From NCBI RefSeq assembly GCF_032444005.1, contig NC_091289.1, positions 12,338,001-12,402,000 on the forward strand: a DNA stretch of 64,000 nucleotides. The letters are read 5' to 3'. Both the position numbers and the translations under genes were made by a program. Source of the stretch: Ranitomeya imitator (taxonomy: Eukaryota). The stretch's first letter is position 1. Every line of letters begins with the position of its first letter. Under the pieces are notes generated by a model. The model was not told the DNA's origin. It worked only from the letters and a program-made list of their open reading frames with translations, and ran no database searches. This document shows, in pieces, positions 49,601 to 61,000 of this stretch.

Positions 49601-52600
49601 GATCAGTCCTCCTGACACTTCTATATTGATCAGTCCTCCTGACACTTCTATATTGATCAGTCCTCCTGACACTTCAATATTGATCAGTCCTCCTGACACT
49701 TCTATATTGATCAGTCCTCCTGACACTTCTATATTGATCAGTCCTCCTGACATTCTATATTGATCAGTCCTCCTGACACTTCTATATTGATCAGTCCTCC
49801 TGACATTCTATATTGATCAGTCCTCCTGACACTTCTATATTGATCAGTCCTCCTGACATTCCATATTGATCAGTCCTCCTGACATTCTATATTGATCAGT
49901 CCTCCTGACACTTCTATATTGATCAGTCCTCCTGACACTTCTATATTGATCAGTCCTCCTGACACTTCTATATTGATCAGTCCTCCTGACACCTCTATAT
50001 TGATCAGTCCTCCTGACACTTCTATATTGATCAGTCCTCCTGACACTTCTATATTGATCAGTCCTCCTGACACTTCTATATTGATCAGTCCTCCTGACAC
50101 TTCTATATTGATCAGTCCTCCTGACACTTCTATATTGATCAGTCCTCCTGACACTTCTATATTGATCAGTCCTCCTGACACTTCTATATTGATCAGTCCT
50201 CCTGACACTTCTATATTGATCAGTCCTCCTGACACTTCAATATTGATCAGTCCTCCTGACACTTCTATATTGATCAGTCCTCCTGACACTTCTATATTGA
50301 TCAGTCCTCCTGACATTCTATATTGATCAGTCCTCCTGACACTTCTATATTGATCAGTCCTCCTGACATTCTATATTGATCAGTCCTCCTGACACTTCTA
50401 TATTGATCAGTCCTCCTGACATTCCATATTGATCAGTCCTCCTGACATTCTATATTGATCAGTCCTCCTGACACTTCTATATTGATCAGTCCTCCTGACA
50501 CTTCTATATTGATCAGTCCTCCTGACACTTCTATATTGATCAGTCCTCCTGACACTTCTATATTGATCAGTCCTCCTGACACCTCTATATTGATCAGTCC
50601 TCCTGACACTTCTATATTGATCAGTCCTCCTGACACTTCTATATTGATCAGTCCTCCTGACACTTCTATATTGATCAGTCCTCCTGACACTTCTATATTG
50701 ATCAGTCCTCCTGACACTTCTATATTGATCAGTCCTCCTGACACTTCTATATTGATCAGTCCTCCTGACACTTCTATATTGATCAGTCCTCCTGACACTT
50801 CTATATTGATCAGTCCTCCTGACACTTCTATATTGATCAGTCCTCCTGACACTTCTATATTGATCAGTCCTCCTGACACTTCTATATTGATCAGTCCTCC
50901 TGACACTTCTATATTGATCAGTCCTCCTGACACTTCAATATTGATCAGTCCTCCTGACACTTCTATATTGATCAGTCCTCCTGACACTTCTATATTGATC
51001 AGTCCTCCTGACACTTCAATATTGATCAGTCCTCCTGACACTTCAATATTGATCAGTCCTCCTGATACCTCTATGGCGGCCTCGACCAATCAGAGACCGG
51101 CACAGCATCGACGTAGAAATCCCGCGTCTCTGATTGGTCGAGGCCGCCAGTCTGATTGACACTTCTATATTGATCAGTCCTCCTGACACTTCTGTATTGA
51201 TCAGTCCTCCTGACACTTCTATATTGATCAGTCCTCCTGACACTTCTATATTGATCAGTCCTCCTGACACTTCTATATTGATCAGTCCTCCTGACACTTC
51301 TATATTGATCAGTCCTCCTGACACTTCTATATTGATCAGTCCTCCTGACATTCTATATTGATCAGTCCTCCTGACACTTCAATATTGATCAGTCCTCCTG
51401 ACACCTCTATATTGATCAGTCCTCCTGACACTTCTATATTGATCAGTCCTCCTGACACTTTTATATTGATCAGTCCTCCTGACACTTTTATATTGATCAG
51501 TCCTCCTGACACTTCTATATTGATCAGTCCTCCTGACACTTCTATATTGATCAGTCCTCCTGATACCTCTATATTGATCAGTCCTCCTGACACTTCAATA
51601 TTGATCAGTCCTCCTGACACTTCAATATTGATCAGTCCTCCTGACACTTCTATATTGATCAGTCCTCCTGACACTTCTATATTGATCAGTCCTCCTGATA
51701 CCTCTATATTGATCAGTCCTCCTGACACTTCTATATTGATCAGTCCTCCTGACACTTCTATATTGATCAGTCCTCCTGACACTTCAATATTGATCAGTCC
51801 TCCTGACACTTCTATATTGATCAGTCCTCCTGACACTTCTATATTGATCAGTCCTCCTGACACTTCTGTATTGATCAGTCCTCCTGACACTTCTATATTG
51901 ATCAGTCCTCCTGACACTTCTATATTGATCAGTCCTCCTGACACTTCAATATTGATCAGTCCTCCTGACACTTCTATATTGATCAGTCCTCCTGACACTT
52001 CTATATTGATCAGTCCTCCTGACACTTCTATATTGATCAGTCCTCCTGACACTTCTATATTGATCAGTCCTCCTGACACTTCTATATTGATCAGTCCTCC
52101 TGACACTTCAATATTGATCAGTCCTCCTGACACTTCTATATTGATCAGTCCTCCTGACACTTCTATATTGATCAGTCCTCCTGACACTTCTATATTGATC
52201 AGTCCTCCTGACACTTCTGTATTGATCAGTCCTCCTGACACTTCTATATTGATCAGTCCTCCTGACACTTCTATATTGATCAGTCCTCCTGACACTTCTA
52301 TATTGATCAGTCCTCCTGACACTTCAATATTGATCAGTCCTCCTGACACTTCTGTATTGATCAGTCCTCCTGACACTTCTATATTGATCAGTCCTCCTGA
52401 CACTTCTATATTGATCAGTCCTCCTGACACTTCTGTATTGATCAGTCCTCCTGACACTTCTATATTGATCAGTCCTCCTGACACTTCTGTATTGATCAGT
52501 CCTCCTGACACTTCTATATTGATCAGTCCTCCTGACACTTCTATATTGATCAGTCCTCCTGACACTTCAATATTGATCAGTCCTCCTGACACTTCTATAT

Positions 52601-55024
52601 TGATCAGTCCTCCTGACACTTCTATATTGATCAGTCCTCCTGACACTTCTATATTGATCATTCCTCCTGACACTTCTATATTGATCAGTCCTCCTGACGC
52701 TTCTATATTGATCAGTCCTCCTGACACCTCTATATTGATCAGTCCTCCTAACATTCTATATTGATCAGTCCTCCTGACACTTCTATATTGATCAGTCCTC
52801 CTGATACATCTATATTGATCAGTCCTCCTGACACTTCTATATTGATCAGTCCTCCTGACACTTCTATATTGATCTGTCCTCCTGACATTCTATATTGATC
52901 AGTCCTCCTGACACTTCTATATTGATCAGTCCTCCTGACACTTCTATATTGATCTGTCCTCCTGACACTTCTATATTGATCTGTCCTCCTGACACTTCTA
53001 TATTGATCAGTCCTCCTGACATTCTATATTGATCAGTCCTCCTGACACTTCTATATTGATCAGTCCTCCTGACACTTCTATATTGATCAGTCCTCCTGAC
53101 ACTTCTATATTGATCTGTCCTCCTGACACTTCTATATTGATCAGTCCTCCTGACACTTCTATATTGATCAGTCCTCCTGACACTTCAATATTGATCAGTC
53201 CTCCTGACACTTCTATATTGATCAGTCCTCCTGACACTTCTATATTGATCAGTCCTCCTGACACTTCTATATTGATCAGTCCTCCTGACACTTCTATATT
53301 GATCAGTCCTCCTGACACTTCAATATTGATCAGTCCTCCTGACACTTCTATATTGATCAGTCCTCCTGACACTTCTATATTGATCAGTCCTCCTGACATT
53401 CTATATTGATCAGTCCTCCTGACACTTCTATATTGATCAGTCCTCCTGACATTCTATATTGATCAGTCCTCCTGACACTTCTATATTGATCAGTCCTCCT
53501 GACATTCCATATTGATCAGTCCTCCTGACATTCTATATTGATCAGTCCTCCTGACACTTCTATATTGATCAGTCCTCCTGACACTTCTATATTGATCAGT
53601 CCTCCTGACACTTCTATATTGATCAGTCCTCCTGACACTTCTATATTGATCAGTCCTCCTGACACCTCTATATTGATCAGTCCTCCTGACACTTCTATAT
53701 TGATCAGTCCTCCTGACACTTCTATATTGATCAGTCCTCCTGACACTTCTATATTGATCAGTCCTCCTGACACTTCTATATTGATCAGTCCTCCTGACAC
53801 TTCTATATTGATCAGTCCTCCTGACACTTCTATATTGATCAGTCCTCCTGACACTTCTATATTGATCAGTCCTCCTGACACTTCTATATTGATCAGTCCT
53901 CCTGACACTTCAATATTGATCAGTCCTCCTGACACTTCTATATTGATCAGTCCTCCTGACACTTCTATATTGATCAGTCCTCCTGACATTCTATATTGAT
54001 CAGTCCTCCTGACACTTCTATATTGATCAGTCCTCCTGACATTCTATATTGATCAGTCCTCCTGACACTTCTATATTGATCAGTCCTCCTGACATTCCAT
54101 ATTGATCAGTCCTCCTGACACTTCTATATTGATCAGTCCTCCTGACACTTCTATATTGATCAGTCCTCCTGACACTTCTATATTGATCAGTCCTCCTGAC
54201 ACTTCTATATTGATCAGTCCTCCTGACACCTCTATATTGATCAGTCCTCCTGACACTTCTATATTGATCAGTCCTCCTGACACTTCTATATTGATCAGTC
54301 CTCCTGACACTTCTATATTGATCAGTCCTCCTGACACTTCTATATTGACCAGTCCTCCTGACACTTCTATATTGATCAGTCCTCCTGACACTTCTATATT
54401 GATCAGTCCTCCTGACACTTCTATATTGATCAGTCCTCCTGACACTTCTATATTGATCAGTCCTCCTGACACTTCTATATTGATCAGTCCTCCTGACACT
54501 TCTATATTGATCAGTCCTCCTGACACTTGACGATGATGTCATAAAGGACGTAGATATCCCGCGTCTCTGATTCAGCGACGGGCACAGTATCGACGTAGAT
54601 GTCATAATTGTTGCCATGGCGACGATGATGTCATAAAGGTTGCCTCAACCAATCAGCGACGAGCACAGTCTGCCGCGAATTCTGGAATCATCATTGTCCA
54701 TATACTACGGGGACATGCATGTTCTAGAATACCCGATGCGTTAGAATCCTGGAAATCCCGCGTCTCTGATTGGTCTGATTGTCCTGGAAATCCCGCGTCT
54801 CTGATTGGTCGAGGCCTAGCGGCCTCGACCAATCAATCAGCAACGGGCACAGCGACGATGATGTCATAATGGTTGCCATGGCGACGATGATGTCATAAAG
54901 GTTGCCTCGACCAATCAGCGACGGGCACAGTCTGCCGCGAATTCTGGAATCATCATTGTCCATATACTACAGGGACATGCATATTCTAGAATACCCGATG
55001 CTTTAGAATCGGGCCCCAATCTAG
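46659..55024 (+). mobile_element. Non-autonomous Helitron (8,366 bp) with an internal 27-bp tandem array
   Basis: 5' end TCTATATAT; 3' hairpin CCCGAT-N8-ATCGGG (54994-55013) then CTAG (55021-55024); inserted between A and T with no TSD; the flanks rejoin into an intact satellite unit. No RepHel ORF. Confidence 0.88.
46798..54527. repeat. 27-bp tandem array, roughly 280 copies, inside the Helitron
   Basis: Unit GACACTTCTATATTGATCAGTCCTCCT (26-bp variants break the frame); interrupted by 74-bp palindromes at 47617-47690 and 51075-51148. Confidence 0.98.
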
Positions 55025-58000
55025 TAGTAGATATATTCTTGTACATAGGAGCAGTATTATAGTAGTTATATTCTTGTACATAGGGGCAGTATTATAGTAG
55101 TTATATTCTTGTACATAGGAGCAGTATTATAGTAGTTATATGCTTGTACATAGGGGCAGTATTATAGTAGTTATATTCTTGTACATAGGAGCAGTATTAT
55201 AGTAGTTATATTCTTGTACATAGGGGCAGTATTATAGTAGTTATATTCTTGTACATAGGAGCAGTATTATAGTAGTTATATTCTTGTACATAGGAGCAGT
55301 ATTATAGTAGTTATATTCTTGTACGTAGGAGCAGTATTATAGTAGTAATATTCTTGTACATAGGAGCAGTATTATAGTAGTTATATTCTTGTACATAGGG
55401 GCAGTATTATAGTAGTTATATTCTTGTACATAGGAGCAGTATTATAGTAGTTATTATCTTGTACATAGGGGCAGTATTATAGTAGTTATATTCTTGTATA
55501 TAGGAGCAGTATTATAGTAGTTATATTCTTGTACATAGGAGCAGTATTATAGTAGTTATATTCTTGTACATGGGGGCAGTATTATAGTAGTTATATTTTG
55601 TACATAGGAGCAGTATTATAGTAGTTATATTCTTGTACATGGGGGCAGTATTATAGTAGTTATATTCTTGTACATGGGGGCAGTATTATAGTAGTTATAT
55701 TCTTGTACATAGGAGCAGTATTATAGTAGTTATATTCTTGTACATAGGGGCAGTATTATAGTAGTTATATTCTTGTACATAGGAGCAGTATTATAGCAGA
55801 TATATTCTTTTACATATGAGCAGTATTATAGTAGTTATATTCTTGTATATTGGAGCAGTATTATAGTAGTTATATTCTTGTACATAGGGAGCAGTATTAT
55901 AATGGTTGTATTCTTGTACATGAGGCAGTATTATATTAGTTATATTCTTGTACATAGGGGCAGTATTATAGTAGTTATTGTATATAGGGGCAGTACTATA
56001 GTAGTTACATTCTTGTACATAGGGGCAGTATTATAGTAGTTATATTCTTGTACATAGGGAGCAGTATTATAGTAATTATATTCTTGTACATAGGGGCAGT
56101 ATTATAGTAGTTATATTCTTGTACGTAGGAGCAGTATTATAGCAGATATATTCTTTTACATATGAGCAGTATTATAGTAGTTATATTCTTGTATATTGGA
56201 GCAGTATTATAGTAGTTATATTCTTGTACATAGGGAGCAGTATTATAATAGTTGTATTCTTGTACATGAGGCAGTATTATATTAGTTATATTCTTGTACA
56301 TAGGGGCAGTATTATAGTAGTTATATTCTTGTACATAGGAGCAGTATTATAGTAGTTATATTCTTGTATGTAGGGGCAGTATTATAGTAGTTATTGATTA
56401 TTTGGGCAGTACTATAGTAGTTACATTCTTGTACATAGGGGGCAGTATTATAGTAGTTATATTCTTGTATGTAGGGGCAGTATTATAGTAGTTATTGTAT
56501 ATAGGGGCAGTACTATACTAGTTACATTCTTGTACATAGGGGCAGTATTATAGTAGTTATATTCTTGTACATAGGAGCAGTATTATAGTAGTTATATTCT
56601 TGTATGTAGGGGCAGTATTATAGTATTTATTGTATATTTGGGCAGTACTATAGTAGTTACATTCTTGTACATAGGGGGCAGTATTATAGTAGCTATATTC
56701 TTGTACATAGGGGCCGTATTATAGTAGCTATACTCTTGTACATAGGGGCAGTATTATAGTAGTTAGATTCTTGTACATTGGAGCAGTATTATAGTAGTTA
56801 TATTCCTGTACATAGGAGCAGTATTATAGTAGGTATATTCTTGTACATAGGAGTAGTATTATAGTAGTTATATTAAGTTATATTCCTTACATAGGAGCAG
56901 TATTATAGTAGTTATATTCTTGTACATAGAAGGCAGTATTATAGTAGTTATATTCTTGTAAATAGGGAGCAGTTTTATAGTAGCTATATTCCTGTACATA
57001 GAAGGCAGTATTATAGTAGTTATATTCCTGTACATAGGAGGCAGTATTATAGTAGTTATATTCTTGTACATAGGGAACAGTATTATAGTAGTTATATTCT
57101 TGTACATAGGAGGCAGTATTATAGTAGTTATATTCTTGTACATAGGGGACAGTATTATAGTAGTTATATTCTTGTACATAGGAGGCAGTATTATAGTAGT
57201 TATATTCTTGTGCATAGAGGACAGTATTATAGTAGTTATATTCTTGTACATAGAGGCAGTATTATAGTAGTTATATTCTTGTACATAGGAGCAGTATTAT
57301 AGTAGTTATATTCCTGTACATAAGAGCAGTATTATAGTAGTTATATTCCTGTACATAGGAGCAATATTATAGTAGTTATATTCTTGTACATGGGGGCAGT
57401 ATTATAGTAGTTATATTCTTGTACATAGGAGCAGTATTATAGTAGTTATATTCTTGTACATGGGGGCAGTATTATAGTAGTTATATTCTTGTACATGGGG
57501 GCAGTATTATAGTAGTTATATTCTTGTACATAGGAGCAGTATTATAGTAGTTGTATTCTTGTACATAGGGGCAGTATTATAGTAGTTATATTCTTGTACA
57601 TAGGAGCAGTATTATAGCAGATATATTCTTTTACATATGAGCAGTATTATAGTAGTTATATTCTTGTATATTGGAGCAGTATTATAGTAGTTATATTCTT
57701 GTACATAGGGAGCAGTATTATAATAGTTGTATTCTTGTACATGAGGCAGTATTATATTAGTTATATTCTTGTACATAGGGGCAGTATTATAGTAGTTATT
57801 GTATATAGGGGCAGTACTATAGTAGTTACATTCTTGTACATAGGGGCAGTATTATAGTAGTTATATTCTTGTACATAGGGAGCAGTATTATAGTAATTAT
57901 ATTCTTGTACATAGGGGCAGTATTATAGTAGTTATATTCTTGTACATAGGAGCAGTATTATAGCAGATATATTCTTTTACATATGAGCAGTATTATAGTA

Positions 58001-61000
58001 GTTATATTCTTGTATATTGGAGCAGTATTATAGTAGTTATATTCTTGTACATAGGGAGCAGTATTATAATAGTTGTATTCTTGTACATGAGGCAGTATTA
58101 TATTGGTCATATTCTTGTACATAGGGGCAGTATTATAGTAGTTATATTCTTGTACATAGGAGCAGTATTATAGTAGTTATATTCTTGTATGTAGGGGCAG
58201 TATTATAGTAGTTATTGTATATTTGGGCAGCACTATAGTAGTTACATTCTTGTACATAGGGGGCAGTATTATAGTAGCTATATTCTTGTACATAGGGGCA
58301 GTATTATAGTAGCTATACTCTTGTACATAGGGGCAGTATTATAGTAGTTAGATTCTTGTACATTGGAGCAGTATTATAGTAGTTATATTCCTGTACATAG
58401 GAGCAGTATTATAGTAGCTATATTCTTGTATATAGGAGTAGTATTATAGTAGTTATATTCCTGTACATAGGAGGCAGTATTATAGTAGTTATATTCTTGT
58501 ACAAAGGGGACAGTATTATAGTAGTTGTATTCTTGTACATAGGAGGCAGTATTATAGTAGTTATATTCTTGTACATAGGGGACAGTATTATAGTAGTTAT
58601 ATTCTTGTACATAGGAGGCAGTATTATAGTAGTTATTGTATATTTGGGCAGTACTATAGTAGTTACATTCTTGTACATAGGGGGCAGTATTATAGTAGCT
58701 ATATTCTTGTACATAGGGGCAGTATTATAGTAGCTATACTCTTGTACATAGGGGCAGTATTATAGTAGTTAGATTCTTGTACATTGGAGCAGTATTATAG
58801 TAGTTATATTCCTGTACATAGGAGCAGTATTATAGTAGCTATATTCTTGTACATAGGAGTAGTATTATAGTAGTTATATTAAGTTATATTCCTGTACATA
58901 GGAGCAGTATTATAGTAGTTATATTCTTGTACATAGAAGGCAGTATTATAGTAGTTATATTCTTGTAAATAGGGAGCAGTATTATAGTAGCTATATTCCT
59001 GTACATAGAAGGCAGTATTATAGTAGTCATATTCCTGTACATAGGAGGCAGTATTATAGTAGTTATATTCTTGTACAAAGGGGACAGTATTATAGTAGTT
59101 GTATTCTTGTACATAGGAGGCAGTATTATAGTAGTTATATTCTTTTACATAGGGGACAGTATTATAGTAGTTATATTCTTGTACATAGGAGGCAGTATTA
59201 TAGTAGTTATATTCTTGTACATAGGGGGCAGTATTATAGTAGTTATATTCTTGTACATAGAGGCAGTATTATAGTAGTTATATTCTTGTACATAGGAGCA
59301 GTATTATAGTAGTTATATTCCTGTACATAAGAGCAGTATTATAGTAGTTATATTCCTGTACATAGGAGCAGTATAATAGTGGTTATATTCTTGCACATAG
59401 GAGCAGTATAATAGTAGTTATATTTTCGTACATAGGGAGCAGTATTATAGTAAATATATTCTTGTACATAGCGGCAGTATTATAGTAGTTATATTCTTGT
59501 ACATAGGAGCAGCATTATAGTAGTTATATTCTTGTACATAGGGGGCAGTATTATAGTAGTTATATTCTTGTACATAGAGGCAGTATTATAGTAGTTATAT
59601 TCCTGTACATAGGGGCAGTATTATAGTAGTTATATTCTTGTACATAGGGGGCAGTATTATAGTAGTTATATTCTTGTACATAGAGGCAGTATTATAGTAG
59701 TTATATTCTTGTACATAGGAGCAGTATTATAGTAGTTATATTCCTGTACATAGGAGCAGTATAATAGTGGTTATATTCTTGTACATAGAGGCAGTATTAT
59801 AGTAGTTATATTCCTGTACATAGGGGCAGTATTATAGTAGTTATATTCTTGTACATAGGGGGCAGTATTATAGTAGTTATATTCTTGTACATAGAGGCAG
59901 TATTATAGTAGTTATATTCTTGTACATAGGAGCAGTATTATAGTAGTTATATTCCTGTACATAAGAGCAGTATTATAGTAGTTATATTCCTGTACATAGG
60001 AGCAGTATTATAGTAGTTATATTCTTGTACATAGGGGGCAGTATTATAGTAGTTATATTCTTGTACATAGAGGCAGTATTATAGTAGTTATATTCTTGTA
60101 CATAGGAGCAGTATTATAGTAGTTATATTCTTGTACATAGGAGCAGTATTATAGTAGCTATATTCCTGTACATAGGAGACAGTATTATAGTAGTTATATT
60201 CTTGTACATGGGGGCAGTATTATAGTAGTTATATTCTTGTACATAGGAACAGTATTATAGTAGTTATATTCTTGTACATAGGGGCAGTATTATAGTAGTT
60301 ATATTCCTGTACATAGGGGCAGTATTATAGTAGTTATATTCTTGTACATGGGGGCAGTATTATAGTAGTTATATTATTGTACATAGGAGCAGTATTATAG
60401 TAGCTATATTCCTGTACATAGGAGACAGTATTATAGTAGTTATATTCTTGTACATGGGGGCAGTATTATAGTAGTTATATTCCTGTACATAGGAACAGTA
60501 TTATAGTAGTTATATTCTTGTACATAGGGGCAGTATTATAGTAGTTATATTCCTGTACATAGGGGCAGTATTATAGTAGTTATATTCTTGTACATGGGGG
60601 CAGTATTATAGTAGTTATATTATTGTACATAGGAGCAGTATTATAGTAGTTATATTCTTGTACATAGGAGCAGTATTATAGTAGTTATATTCTTGTACAT
60701 AGGAGCAGTATTATAGTAGCTATATTCCTGTACATAGGAGACAGTATTATAGTAGTTATATTCTTGTACATGGGAGCAGTATTATAGTAGCTATATTCTT
60801 GTACATAGGAGTAGTATTATAGTAGTTATATTAAGTTATATTCCTGTACATAGGAGCAGTATTATAGTAGTTATATTCTTGTACATAGAAGGCAGTATTA
60901 TAGTAGTTATATTCTTGTAAATAGGGAGCAGTATTATAGTAGCTATATTCCTGTACATAGAAGGCAGTATTATAGTAGTTATATTCCTGTACATAGGAGG

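Noticed and set aside
46676-54617. Many ISPPDTSIL / EVSGGLINI repeat ORFs of up to 516 aa, resembling beta-solenoid proteins
   Set aside because: They are an artefact of a 27-bp unit; they are broken by 26-bp variants and mirrored on both strands.
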